Source: an uncultured delta proteobacterium
GTDB taxonomy: Bacteria; Desulfobacterota; Desulfobacteria; Desulfobacterales; JAFDCJ01
Assembly (NCBI GenBank): GCA_963769935.1
Contig: CAVYNY010000007.1
Location: 64,001-128,000, forward strand
Direction: 5' to 3'
Length of the DNA stretch: 64,000 nt
The translations under genes were made by a program, and so were the position numbers. Numbering within the stretch: the first letter of the stretch is position 1; each line of letters begins with the position of its first letter. Below, in pieces: positions 29,567-40,161 of the stretch. The notes beneath the pieces are model-generated. The model searched no databases and had not been told where the DNA came from. It was given only the letters and a program-made list of their open reading frames with translations.

Positions 29567-30556
29567 TTATTCTTCCGCATTCCAGCAGCGCACGTAGTGA
29601 TTGTCTCCAACCTCAATAAACGCCTGCAAGCCTTCATCGCAGCGGGATTGGTGTAAAGGACATTTTTGACCGAAATTGCAGCCGGCGGACGGATTCAATG
29701 GCTCCGGCGGAACTTCTTCCGCGCTCATTACGGCACGTTCTTTCTCTATTCCTGAATCCGGTGCAGCCGACAGCAGCAAATGGGTATACGGATGGCAGGG
29801 ATTGTCAAAAAGCGCATCGGCCGGCCCATACTCCATGATCTGGCCGCGGTACATCACGGCAACATCATTGCACAGATATCCAACGACGTTCAAGTCGTGC
29901 GATATAAACAGATAGCTTAATTCCAGCTGATCCTGCAAGTCTTTTAGCAGATTAATGATTTGAGCCTGGATTGAGACATCCAGGGCTGAAACCGGCTCAT
30001 CGCAGATAACCAGTGACGGTTGCACGCTTAAGGCCCGTGCGATGCCGATCCGCTGGCGCTGTCCGCCGCTGAATTCATGGGGATAGCGGTCGATGCTGCG
30101 CGGAGACATTCCAACCATCTTAAGCAGCTTTTCGAGCTGCGCGTCTTTTTCCTGATTGTCCCGGAGGCCATTCATCTGAAGTCCTTCCGAGAGCGTTTGT
30201 CCAACGGTCATTCTAGGGTTCAGGGAACCATAGGGATCCTGAAAGATGATCTGGATCTGCTTGCGAAAAGGCTTCATTTCTTTTTCGGTCAGTTCGGTTA
30301 TATCCCGTCCGTCGAAGATGATTTTGCCGTCGTCGCTAGGCAATAACTTGAGTATCAGCCGGGCCACAGTCGTTTTACCGCAGCCGCTCTCACCCACCAG
30401 GCCGAGTGTCCGGCCTTTTTCGATTCGAAACGATACGTCTTCAACCGCATTGACCCAACCGGTGACCCGTTGTAAAAATCCGCGGCGGATCGGGAAGTAT
30501 TTTTTCAAGTCCTCGACTTGGAGGATGATGGTATCGGTTTTTGCGTTAAGTGCCAT
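29567..30556 (-). CDS. Oligopeptide ABC transporter ATPase (OppF-like)
   Basis: [39 protein letters not shown]-terminal Cys motif. Confidence 0.93.
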   Translation of the reverse strand: MALNAKTDTIILQVEDLKKYFPIRRGFLQRVTGWVNAVEDVSFRIEKGRTLGLVGESGCGKTTVARLILKLLPSDDGKIIFDGRDITELTEKEMKPFRKQIQIIFQDPYGSLNPRMTVGQTLSEGLQMNGLRDNQEKDAQLEKLLKMVGMSPRSIDRYPHEFSGGQRQRIGIARALSVQPSLVICDEPVSALDVSIQAQIINLLKDLQDQLELSYLFISHDLNVVGYLCNDVAVMYRGQIMEYGPADALFDNPCHPYTHLLLSAAPDSGIEKERAVMSAEEVPPEPLNPSAGCNFGQKCPLHQSRCDEGLQAFIEVGDNHYVRCWNAEE

Positions 30557-30605
30557 TATGATTCTGATAAATTTTAAATGATTTGCCCTCTGTTGATAAA
30601 CTATC

Positions 30606-30714
30606 TGGCGTACTGGAGCAATGGAGTGCTGGAGTATCGGAAAATGAGGATGCCGTCGACACTCTCCGGACAGATATTTTTTCTACCGCATTACTCCAAT
30701 ACTCCATCTTTCCA
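30606..30714. repeat. Inverted-arm TGGAGTAY octamer element overlapping the oppD stop codon
   Basis: tggcgtac-tggagcaa-tggagtgc-tggagtat ... cattactc-caatactc-catctttc-caa. Confidence 0.72.
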
Positions 30715-31698
30715 ATTTATTTTCTCATACAACACCGGACATCGTGCCAGATGCCCCTCACCGTAGTTACTGATGCCGGGAAACTGTTCCCGGCAGGTCT
30801 GGATTGCATGGGAGCAGCGCGGATGAAACGGGCAGCCGTTGGGTTTGTAAGCCGGATTCGGCACGCTCCCGGGAATACTGTGAAGCCTTTGTCCGCGCTT
30901 TGACCGGTGCGGCAGAGATGCCAGCAAGGCTCGCGTATAGGGATGCTGCGATGTGCGAAAAATATGATCCTTGTTGCCCTGCTCGACAATAATGCCGGCA
31001 TACATGACGTAGATCCGATCCGCTACCTTCGAGACCACACCCAGGTCATGGGTGATGTAAAGCACCGACATGGCGCGGTCCTTCTGAATGGTGTTCAGCA
31101 GTTTCAATATCTGAGCTTGAACGGTCACATCCAGCGCGGTGGTGGGCTCATCGGCGATAATCAATTCGGGACTGCAGGCCAGAGCCATGGCAATCATGAC
31201 GCGCTGGCGCTGGCCTCCGCTTAACTGGTGCGGGTAATCACTTAGGCGTTCATCGGCCGAGGGGATTCCCACATCTTCGAGCAGTTGGAGACAGCGGGAC
31301 TCTATTTCTTCTTTCGGTACCGTTTTGTGGGTTCCGAGGGCTTCGGCAATCTGATCTTTGATTGTGAAAACCGGATTCAAGGAGGTCAGGGGTTCCTGAA
31401 ACACCATGGCAATATGGTTGCCCCGAATGCGCTGCATTGCCTCCTCATCATAATCGATGAGGTTTTGATCCTTGAATAAAATTTTTCCGCTGACGATTTC
31501 ACCCGGTGGTACAGGAACGAGTCCCATGATGCTGAGAGCCGATACGGTTTTACCGCAGCCGGACTCGCCTACCAGGCACACCGTCTCCTCGCGCTGCACA
31601 TCAAAACTAACGCCGTCCACGGCCCGCGCCACTTCGTCCTCACTGCGGAAATAGATCCTTAGATCTTCAACGGACAGTAATATGTCTCCGCCAATCAT
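30691..31698 (-). CDS. Oligopeptide ABC transporter ATPase (OppD-like)
   Basis: [43 protein letters not shown]. Confidence 0.93.
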   Translation of the reverse strand: MIGGDILLSVEDLRIYFRSEDEVARAVDGVSFDVQREETVCLVGESGCGKTVSALSIMGLVPVPPGEIVSGKILFKDQNLIDYDEEAMQRIRGNHIAMVFQEPLTSLNPVFTIKDQIAEALGTHKTVPKEEIESRCLQLLEDVGIPSADERLSDYPHQLSGGQRQRVMIAMALACSPELIIADEPTTALDVTVQAQILKLLNTIQKDRAMSVLYITHDLGVVSKVADRIYVMYAGIIVEQGNKDHIFRTSQHPYTRALLASLPHRSKRGQRLHSIPGSVPNPAYKPNGCPFHPRCSHAIQTCREQFPGISNYGEGHLARCPVLYEKINWKDGVLE

Positions 31699-31757
31699 AA
31701 CATCGTCCAGGGCAAATTACTTTTTGCCGCTTAATAGAGTGATCCAGATTGCTGAAA

Positions 31758-31933
31758 AATGCCTAAAATCGATGAGTCGCTGCGCTCCGTCTTTTAAAAA
31801 GTAGAATTCTTTCTATGAGAACCAATCGAGAGGATGGTTTGAATTCGCTTCCCTCTAAATTATCCTTAATATTTTTAATCGATAGCATACCACAATTTTA
31901 GGCATTTTAGGCACTTCGCATTTTAGGCATTTT
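31758..31933. repeat. Inverted-arm element of the TGCCTAAAA family; related arm at 15726-15754
   Basis: aatgcctaaaat on the left; ttttaggca-ttttaggca-cttcgca-ttttaggca-ttt on the right. Confidence 0.65.
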
Positions 31934-31936
31934 CCC

Positions 31937-33090
31937 CTACTGTCTTTCCCGCAGCTTGGGGTTCAGAACATCCCGCAAGCCCTCACCGAATAGATTAAAA
32001 GAGAGCACCACCACCAGGATGGCAAACCCCGGAATAAAGGTCAGCCAGGGGGCGTCGAAGATAAAACGCTTGCCGTCCGATAGGATATTCCCCCAGGTGG
32101 CGTGAGGCGGCGGCACCCCGAACCCCAGAAAACTTAAACCGGCTTCGGTCAGGATTGCCGTCGCGATTCCGATGGTGGCGGACACCAGCACCGGTGCGAT
32201 GGCATTGGGCATCATGTGGCGAAAAATTATTCGAAAATTGCTGAGCCCCAGGGCTCTGGCGGCGGAGACGAAATCCTGTTCCCTTAAAGAAAGAAATTCG
32301 GCCCGCACAAAACGGGTGGCACCCATCCAGCTGGTAAGACCGATGATGATCATGATGTTATAGATGCTCGCCGGCAGCAGGGCAACCACCGTAAGGATCA
32401 AAAAGAAGCTGGGGAAGCACAACATGATATCCACAAACCGCATGATCAATGTATCCACCGAAATGGTTCTTTTTTTCAGAATGCCGGCGCCGGGAAGTTT
32501 TTCCACTGAACCGAATAAGAACGGGCCTGCAGCAACACCGGCCAAAATGATGAGGCCGGCAACGGGGTGACCGGCGGCCAGCAGTCCGATGCCTGCCGCC
32601 AGAAATGCCGTCCACAGCAAATGGCCTATGTGGATGAATTGCTGTCCGAAATAACCCGCCAGACCACCCATGAATATTCCGACCAAAACCGAAATGCCTA
32701 CGGCAACAAAGCCGACGGTCAGAGATACCCAGGCACCCTGGAGCATGCGGGCGAAGACATCGCGGCCCAGATCATCGGTTCCTAAAAGATAAATGCCTAA
32801 AGGCGGCATTTCATTCGGCTGCAGGCTTGCCGGGTTGGGCTTGGTCAGCGGCGGCAGCAGTTTTTCCTCCAGTCTGACCAGGGCGGGATCGAAAATCGGC
32901 TTGCTGCCTGAGGTTAAAACAAGCCCGGTCAGGGCGCAGCAGAAAAAGAGAATAAATATGATCAGTCCCAGAATGGCCAGGCGGTTCCTTTTGAACAGAC
33001 GCCAGAATTCCTGCCATCTGGTGCGCTTCGGCGCTGCCGGTTCTTCCAGGGCAAAATCCTGGTAATTAACAGTTTCCGGGTGTTGTTCAC
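31937..33090 (-). CDS. Oligopeptide ABC permease (OppC-like), with a 1-bp frameshift near 33079
   Basis: Frame stays open upstream of the tracked ATG (EFWRLFKRNRLAILGL...LGTDDLGRD). GTG at 33090 overlaps the oppB stop and is in frame if one C is added to a C3 run. Confidence 0.85.
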
Positions 33091-34048
33091 AGTCTTATCC
33101 TCGGGTCCACCACCATGTACAGCAAATCGGAGATAAAGGTGCCGGCCAAAACCAGAACCGCTGAAACAAAATTAACGGTCAGAATCACGGGGTAGTCGCG
33201 GGCCAGAATGGCCTCGTAAGCCATGCGTCCCATTCCCGGCCAGGAAAAAATGGATTCGATAATGACCGAGCCGCCGATCAAGCCCGGCAGGATCATTCCG
33301 AACATGGTGACAAACGGCAAAAGCGCGTTGCGCAGGGCGTGTTTGTAATGCACCTGCTCCGACGGCAACCCCTTGGCCTTGGCGGTGCGCACATAATCCT
33401 GCCCCTCGACCTCAAGCATCTGGCTGCGAACATAGCGCGAGAGAATGGCAATGCCGCCGGTTGCGCCTAAAATCGACGGCAGCAGCAGGTGCCAGGTCCG
33501 ATCCATCATCATCTGGATCCACGACGCAGCCGCCGGCCCCAAAGGTCTGCATGCCGATGACCGGAACATGGAAATGGTCTACCACGAAGATAATTAAAAT
33601 ATAGGCAAAAAAGAATCCGGGAATGGAGATCAGCAAATAGGAAATAAAACGTTGCGCTGCGATCGTAAAAGCCGCCCCTTCCAATGGACGAACGGATGCC
33701 GACGGGAAAAGAAATGGTCCAGGTCAGGATCGTGCCCACAATGAACAGCGGCAAACTGTTTAGAAAACGATCCCAGATCTTTTTGAGGGCCGGCTGATTG
33801 TCTTTCCAGGAAATTGTTCGGCCGGTGAAAAGATCCCGATAAAAATATAGATACTGGATGTAAAGGGGTTGGTCCAGATGAAATGCCTGGCGAAAGCGTT
33901 CCACCATCTCGGGGGTAAATTTCGGGTTCAGCGGGTTCACCTGACTGGGTTCGCCGGGGGCCAGGTGAATGATCAAAAATGATACAATGGAGACAAAAAA
34001 CAGGGTCACCAATTTTTGAACCGTGCTGCGTCCGATAAATGAAAGCAT
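33087..34048 (-). CDS. Oligopeptide ABC permease (OppB-like), split by two frameshifts (about 33647 and 33538)
   Basis: IHLAPGEP...LDQPLYIQY / ISIPGFF / HLLLP...DYVRTAKAKGL...HALRNA...DPRIR across three frames; both breaks sit in 4-nt homopolymers. Confidence 0.85.
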
Positions 34049-34057
34049 ATGACTTCC

Positions 34058-36187
34058 TTAAGATGCCAACTCGGGCATCTTGGGCAGTTTGATCCACCGG
34101 TTGAAGTAGTATTGGAAATTGCCGGTCTTGGTGGGGGTAATTTTTTTGTAAACAATTTGACCGGCGGCATCGACTTCTTTTATGACGATGCGCTTGTCCA
34201 GTATGGCGGTCCATTTGCCGACATACAAGAAGGTGTAGGGCTGTTCACGCGCAATAAGTGCGTGCAGCCGGTGGCAATATTCGACCTGGGTCCGGTGGTC
34301 GTAATCCTGCCTGATTTTGACGATGAGCTCGTCGGCTTCATGATTTTTGAAGCCCACAAAATTAAGCTGCTGGGGACCCGTCTGGCTGGAGTGCCAGATC
34401 TGGTAGAGGTCGGGTTCAATTCCCATGGACCAGCCCAACACCAGGGCATCAAAGTCCAGCTTGTTGACCCGTTCCTGGATAAACACCGACCATTCGAGCA
34501 GGTCCGTCTGCACATTGATGCCGATCTGTTTCCAGGCATCCTGCGCGATGGCCAGTATCGCTTTGCGGATGTCGTTGCCGCTGTTGGTGATGAGGGTAAA
34601 CTGCAACGGCCGGCCGTCCTTTTCGAGCCAGCCCTGCGAGTTGGGCTTCCAGCCGGCCTCGGCCAGCAACTTTAAGGCTCCCTGGGGATCATAGGGCAGC
34701 GGTTTGACGGCATGATTGTAGTAGTCGGTTTGCTTGGCAAACGGGCCGGTGATTCTTTCGGCCTGGTTGTCCAGCACATAGCGGATGATTTTATTTACAT
34801 CGATGGCCATGCCCAACGCCCGGCGCACCCGCACATCGTTGAAAGGCTCGCGCCGCATATTGTAGCCGATGTACGTATAGCCGAAGGAAGTCCCGGAAAA
34901 GCTCTGGAAGCGGGGATCGTTTTTAAATCGATCTACCTGATAGGGCTGCACATCGTAGCTGTCGAGGGTTCCGGCATAAAATTCCATTTCCTGAGTCAAC
35001 AGATCGGGGATGACCCGGAACGCATACTTGCGATAGTCGGGCGGCCCCTCCCAGTAATCGTTGAAACGGTCCAGTATAATATACTGGTCCGATTTCCACT
35101 CATTGAATTTGAATGGTCCGCAGCCGATGGGGTGTCGATTAAATAAGCTTTGACGCATCGAAAAAGTTGCCGGGTCCAGGCCGCGGGCACGGGCTTCTTT
35201 TTCAAGCGCCGCGTCGTTGAGCAGATGTTCGGGAAGGATTCCCATCGCCCAGGTGCCGATGGCCGGCGAGTAAAGCCGCTTGTATACGATGCGCACGGTG
35301 AGCGGGTTGATGACTTCCACTGATTTTACCGGTTCATAATCGGCAATGCGGGGCGAGAGGTTTTTGGGATTCAATATCGCTTCATAGGTGAATTTTACGT
35401 CCCGGGCATCAAATATGTAGCCGTCGTGAAAGGCGACGTCGGGCCGCAGATTAAATTCGATCACGGGGTTATGCTCGACGGCGGGCAGCACTTCCGCCGC
35501 CAGCGCCAGCAGCTGAGGTTGCGGCAGTTCAGGATGGGTGGTCAGGAATTTTTCGGGGCTGAAGGAATGAAAATAATCTTGGCCCAGCAAACCGGTGAGG
35601 TTTTCAAAGAGATCCTGGTCCACCTGCGCCAGGTGTAATTTTATGCGGGCCGGAGCGGCTGCACCGATTTTGACCTCGATTTTTTTCCGGTTGTCGTTGG
35701 GATCCCTGATCTGTCTTGTGATTGACAAATCCTGGGGACCGATCAGGGAAATTTTTTTAATGTTGGCCAGGGAGCTTTTTAATTTCTTATCGGACAGATT
35801 TTTGTTTTGGCGCGCTTCCTCGAGCAGCGTTACAATGTTGCGGGCATCCGGACGAATCCCGCCCGGTATCGCTGCCGAACCATTGACGTAGAAGTAGGCT
35901 TCTTCGGATATTTGCCAGGACTCGGCCAGGCGACCCCTGAATTGCAGGTTTTTATCCCGGTCGATAAGGCCTTCGAATACCTTGGATTCAATTTCACTGC
36001 TGGCGGAATCGGCCGAAAGGATCGGATTTATAATTGCGGCATCTCCGATGGATCCGGTGATGTATTCATTGTAACGTTCGGGATTGCCCCGGGCCTGCTG
36101 CTGGTAGGTGGGCACCCAAAAATATGATTGGAGCAGGAACAGGGTCATGATCAGAGGGGCAAATATGAGGACCCGTTTGGTTGACAT
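34058..36187 (-). CDS. Family 5 peptide-binding protein (OppA-like) with a large insertion
   Basis: FEGLI...LAESW, LRPDVAFHDG, PIGCGPF, DVRVRRAL, YDPQGALKLLAEAGW. Confidence 0.9.
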   Translation of the reverse strand: MSTKRVLIFAPLIMTLFLLQSYFWVPTYQQQARGNPERYNEYITGSIGDAAIINPILSADSASSEIESKVFEGLIDRDKNLQFRGRLAESWQISEEAYFYVNGSAAIPGGIRPDARNIVTLLEEARQNKNLSDKKLKSSLANIKKISLIGPQDLSITRQIRDPNDNRKKIEVKIGAAAPARIKLHLAQVDQDLFENLTGLLGQDYFHSFSPEKFLTTHPELPQPQLLALAAEVLPAVEHNPVIEFNLRPDVAFHDGYIFDARDVKFTYEAILNPKNLSPRIADYEPVKSVEVINPLTVRIVYKRLYSPAIGTWAMGILPEHLLNDAALEKEARARGLDPATFSMRQSLFNRHPIGCGPFKFNEWKSDQYIILDRFNDYWEGPPDYRKYAFRVIPDLLTQEMEFYAGTLDSYDVQPYQVDRFKNDPRFQSFSGTSFGYTYIGYNMRREPFNDVRVRRALGMAIDVNKIIRYVLDNQAERITGPFAKQTDYYNHAVKPLPYDPQGALKLLAEAGWKPNSQGWLEKDGRPLQFTLITNSGNDIRKAILAIAQDAWKQIGINVQTDLLEWSVFIQERVNKLDFDALVLGWSMGIEPDLYQIWHSSQTGPQQLNFVGFKNHEADELIVKIRQDYDHRTQVEYCHRLHALIAREQPYTFLYVGKWTAILDKRIVIKEVDAAGQIVYKKITPTKTGNFQYYFNRWIKLPKMPELAS

Positions 36188-36617
36188 TTTTGTCCTAATC
36201 TATTGAAGCGCTCGGGAAGCGCTCGAATTCAGCCCATTGGCGGTTGATCTGAAAAAACTCCTTTGAATACCGCGTCATATGACCTATAATAAATCTGATC
36301 TTTGCCCAGCGGCGCCTTCATTTTTGTACAGGGAATCGGCGTCGCTTTGTAAATACAGTTTTGGCATAATTCCGGCCGCGGGAGCGGCCCCGAAGGCGTG
36401 CGAAACTGTCAATCAAATGAAGGCCTTATTTATGACATCCAAACGCATTATAAGAGAAAAATCTTAAACTGGCAAGAGTCTATAACAGGATCCGGCAACG
36501 ACGGCCGACTTGCAGGCCGAGGCCGCCGGGAACGGAAAAATACACGGAAGGTCGAAAAGCCTGCCGATCAACTTTTGGCCGGCCTAAAAAATAATTAAAT
36601 TTTTGATTCAAGAAACA

Positions 36618-37445
36618 ATGGATAACAGGCTGAAATTATTTTTTATATTTAGTTTAATATTGGGTTGGTGGTTGTATCCGCCGATGAATCTGCAGGCGGA
36701 ATTCTACAAGTATGTCGACAAGGACGGTCGAGTTTTTTATGTCGATGATCTCAGCAAAGTACCCGAGGCGTATCAGGAGCAAGTCAAGGTTTATCGGGAG
36801 AAGTTTGATTATCTAACCGATGAGGAGCGATCCAGGGCCCAGGAAAGAGAACGCGTGCGAATACAGCAGTCTGAACGGGAACAGCAGCTTCAGACAAATG
36901 CCCAACTAAAGGAAATACAACAGGCCGAAGAAGAAGAAAGTAAAAGACAGGCGGAGGCGGCCAAACAAAAATTGATGGAAAAGATGCAGACCCACGTGAT
37001 CGTGGAAGGCAACCGCATCCTGGTTCCGGTGACCCTGGTCAATAACGGTATCGAAGTGGCGGTGAATTTACTGCTGGATACCGGCGCATCACAGATCGTT
37101 TTGCATCGTAACGTGGCCACGAAGCTAAACATCATTGCCCTGACAAAGGGGTTTGCCCAAGTCGCCGGCGGCCAGAATATCTATGTTGAAACCGGCGAGA
37201 TCAGCTCTTTTAAAGTCGGCCCGTTTGACATGCAAAAAGCGGCCGTGGTGATTATCAACCATGAGGGTGAGGCCGTATCCTACGGCGGCCTTTTAGGAAT
37301 GAATTTTTTAAAAAACGTGCCGTACACCATTGATTACAAGAACCAGGTCATTCGCTGGCGGCCGCCGGTTGAGGAGACCCCGGCCGCTGGGGAGGACTCT
37401 GCAGCCGGGGAGGCTCCTGCAGCCGGGGAGGCCTCTGATAATTGA
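36618..37445 (+). CDS. Secreted retropepsin-like aspartic protease with N-terminal DUF4124-like domain
   Basis: Signal peptide, FYKYVDKDGRVFYVD, coiled coil, LLDTGAS, GLLGMNFL. Confidence 0.85.
   Translation: MDNRLKLFFIFSLILGWWLYPPMNLQAEFYKYVDKDGRVFYVDDLSKVPEAYQEQVKVYREKFDYLTDEERSRAQERERVRIQQSEREQQLQTNAQLKEIQQAEEEESKRQAEAAKQKLMEKMQTHVIVEGNRILVPVTLVNNGIEVAVNLLLDTGASQIVLHRNVATKLNIIALTKGFAQVAGGQNIYVETGEISSFKVGPFDMQKAAVVIINHEGEAVSYGGLLGMNFLKNVPYTIDYKNQVIRWRPPVEETPAAGEDSAAGEAPAAGEASDN
37371..37436 (+). repeat. In-frame 18-bp tandem repeat (about 3.7 units)
   Basis: ggggaggactctgcagcc-ggggaggctcctgcagcc; encodes (GE..AA)n. Confidence 0.75.
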
Positions 37446-37615
37446 AGGGGAGATGCGCTGTATTTTAATTGAATATTGAAGATTGCAGATTGAATATTTG
37501 TGGAATCCTGTCGTTCCAACTCACTCACTGACATACGGCGGATCAGTTTTTATAAAGATAAGTTTCCTCAACTATTTAGATCACGACCTGCGGCAAGGAA
37601 TCAGGAGGACCATCC

Positions 37616-38015
37616 ATGAGCAACGGCAACGACACGCACAGTAAAACCATCGGCTATATTCTATGGATATTCGGCTTTACGGGTTCCCATCGATTTTATT
37701 ACGGATATCCCATATCGGGGACCATATATTTTTTTACACTGGGACTTTTTTTTATCGGCTGGATCATCGATCTCTTTCTGATACCCCGTATGGACCGTCG
37801 CGCGGATTTAAGATTCAGGGGCAGGCCGGATCGATTACAATCTTGCGTGGATTCTGCTGACCTTTCTGGGGATATTCGGCATTCACCGGATGTATGTTGG
37901 GAAATGGTTGACCGGAATCCTGTATCTTCTAACCGGCGGGCTCCTGGGAATCGGAATTATTTACGACTTCTGGACGCTGAATGATCAGATCACCATCATC
38001 AACAGCAGCAGTTGA
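37616..38015 (+). CDS. Double TM2-domain membrane protein, with a 1-bp frameshift in G4 at 37818-37821
   Basis: GFTGSHRFYYG...TLGLFFIGWIID, then after removing one G: AWILLTFLGIFGIHRMYVGKWLTG...YDFWTLNDQI. Confidence 0.85.
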
Positions 38016-38030
38016 GCTGGTCGATGTCCT

Positions 38031-38375
38031 TCAAGGTGCTGGTGATATCGTTTCCGGCAGATAGTCTTCGCGGACCGGGGAAAAAACCTCCACGACGACG
38101 GAATCCTCCAGGGCCTCGGCCGAGTGCTCGACACCGCCGGGCAGGCACCAGCTGTCCCCGGGTTCCACGTCCATGATCTTCCCGTCGACATTGAATCGGA
38201 GCTTGCCGGAAATCATGATTCCGGTCTGTTCGTGGAGATGAGAGTGAGCAGGGATTGCAGACCCTTTTGCGATTTTAAATTGGCCCATCAGGGTCTTCTC
38301 ACCGTGAACCAGGGTCGTTAAATCAACACCCTCCAAAAGTTGTCGCGACTTTCCGGTATCTTTTTTGCGAAACAT
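38031..38375 (-). CDS. Cupin-domain protein
   Basis: HSHLHEQ...PGD...PGGVEH...VFSPVREDY. Confidence 0.88.
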   Translation of the reverse strand: MFRKKDTGKSRQLLEGVDLTTLVHGEKTLMGQFKIAKGSAIPAHSHLHEQTGIMISGKLRFNVDGKIMDVEPGDSWCLPGGVEHSAEALEDSVVVEVFSPVREDYLPETISPAP

Positions 38376-38444
38376 ATTGTTTATTCCTTGTTGGGGATGA
38401 ACATCACCTGCGGTGGTCTTTTCCGGGGCATTGCGAATCGCTGA

Positions 38445-39236
38445 TCAAAGCAGTCCGCTATAGCTGCCGCCGTCCACCAACAGGTTCTGGCCGGTAATGT
38501 ATCGGGCCGGCACACTGGCCAGGAAAGCTGCCGCGGCTCCGAAATCAAATGGGTCGCCGATGGTTTTGCCGGGAATTGCCGTCATCATCTCCTGATACAG
38601 TTCATCTTCGGATTTGCCCTCCAGACCGGCGCGATGCTTTACCATCTGATCGATGCGGGCTGTTTTGTGGGTGCCCGGCAGCAAGGCATTCACGGTGATG
38701 CCGTACGGAGCCAATTCGGTTGCAATGGTTTTCAAAAAACCGGTCAGTCCGGCCCGCGCCATATTGGATAAAATCAGATTGCCGATGGGCTGCTTGACTG
38801 AAATAGAGGTAATGGCGATAATGCGGCCCCAGCCTTTGGTCTTCATCGCCGGGACAACACCATGAATTAGATGGACGGCACTCATCAGGTTGAGGTTGAG
38901 AGCCTTTTCATATTCCTCCAGGGCGGTGCTGGCAAAGGTTCCCGGCGGCGGGCCACCGGCGTTGGTCACCAGAATATCCGGATCGCCCAGGGCCTGCCTG
39001 ACGTCTGCCAGCAGCCGGCTGGTATCTTCCCGTCTGCTCACATCGGCGCCGAAACCCAGCACTTCAGCACCGGTTTGGGCTGCAATTTCTTCGGCGGTCT
39101 GTTTGGCTGAGACAACATCCCGCGAACAGAGCGCCACCCGGCAGTTCTCAGCGGCCAGTCGTTCTGCGCAGCCCCGACCTAATCCCCGGCTTGCGGCAGC
39201 CGTCAGCGCAATTTTTCCTTTTATGCCAAAGTCCAT
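38445..39236 (-). CDS. Short-chain dehydrogenase/reductase
   Basis: AASRGLG, VTNAGGPPPG, SNMARAG, ITGQNLLVDGG. Confidence 0.9.
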   Translation of the reverse strand: MDFGIKGKIALTAAASRGLGRGCAERLAAENCRVALCSRDVVSAKQTAEEIAAQTGAEVLGFGADVSRREDTSRLLADVRQALGDPDILVTNAGGPPPGTFASTALEEYEKALNLNLMSAVHLIHGVVPAMKTKGWGRIIAITSISVKQPIGNLILSNMARAGLTGFLKTIATELAPYGITVNALLPGTHKTARIDQMVKHRAGLEGKSEDELYQEMMTAIPGKTIGDPFDFGAAAAFLASVPARYITGQNLLVDGGSYSGLL

Positions 39237-39428
39237 TTTTGAACCCCCATAGTTGTTCAAGATAAACATGAAATCAATCGTGTCCAACCGATTTAATATG
39301 TTTTTCTAATCGTTTTCTTATTGAATGTCTACAGTCAAGAAGAATTTTTGGCAGAATGATGTGATAAACGCTGAAAAGAACCCCATAAACCGAATTTCAA
39401 AGCGCTAATTCGGTGCGCAATGCCAACC

Positions 39429-39494
39429 TCTGAGCCCTGAACCCCGACCCTGAACCTTTGCACTCTGAATTTCTGAACCGTGAACCCGGAACGG
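39429..39494. repeat. Degenerate CTGAACC heptamer tract; related tracts at about 43572-43592 and 44476-44499
   Basis: ctgagcc-ctgaacc-ccgacc-ctgaacc...ctgaacc-gtgaacc-cggaacgg. Confidence 0.6.
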
Positions 39495-39500
39495 CTATTT

Positions 39501-39929
39501 TTACTTCATGCGCTTCAGAAGAATACCGATCATTTCTTCGATATAGGGACTGATTTCTTTAAACTCGACTCCCACACCTAGGCGGGTTGCATGGGCGATC
39601 TCTCCCTTGATCCTCAGCGGCTTGTTGAAACCTTCCAGGCGGAATGTCATTAGAATTTCGTCCCCCACGATTAGCGGTCTCTGGGTTTCGATGAACAGCC
39701 CGCTGCGGCTGATATTTTTAATGTGATTGGTATATACGCGATAGTCAGTTGCATAATTTACCGGAATATCACATGATTTTCTTAGATTCAGTCTTTTTTC
39801 CTTGGCAAAAAGATCTTCGGCGTGGCGCAGCAATGCCAATTGCTGCTCCTCGGTCAAGTCGATTACAATCTGGAACAATTTTGAAATAACAATATTGTAC
39901 TTTTTATTTGTCTGGGTTTGAGAGCTCAT
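39501..39929 (-). CDS. PilZ-domain protein
   Basis: EKRLNLR (RxxxR) and NISRSG (D/NxSxxG), GVGVEF. Confidence 0.88.
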   Translation of the reverse strand: MSSQTQTNKKYNIVISKLFQIVIDLTEEQQLALLRHAEDLFAKEKRLNLRKSCDIPVNYATDYRVYTNHIKNISRSGLFIETQRPLIVGDEILMTFRLEGFNKPLRIKGEIAHATRLGVGVEFKEISPYIEEMIGILLKRMK

Positions 39930-40134
39930 ATTGAGGGTCTGGGGTTGTTTACCATTGCAAGCTGTTTGATGATTAACTTATCGGGCTTTTAGACAAAAAA
40001 CTTTAATTTTTTGCACCATCTGATCATCTTAAATTGCCGCTACTGACATTGTCGGACAAATTTAAACCACAAAGCCCTCGATGATCCAACAAAAGGCTTG
40101 ACAACCTGCAGGCTTGAATATAATTTTTGATTTT

Positions 40135-40148
40135 TGAGAATAATCTCA
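40135..40148. promoter_or_regulatory. Palindromic operator candidate
   Basis: TGAGA-ataa-TCTCA between a TTGACA/TATAAT pair (40098-40124, 15 bp apart) and the RBS of the DUF134 gene. Confidence 0.45.
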
Positions 40149-40161
40149 TAAAGGAGCTTGC

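Noticed and set aside
36360..36377. sigma54-like TTGGCATAATTCCGGC
   Set aside because: Poor -12 element and far from the next start codon
37371..37436. Possible CRISPR or other array
   Set aside because: In-frame 18-bp coding repeat with no spacers; no cas genes or spaced repeats in the window
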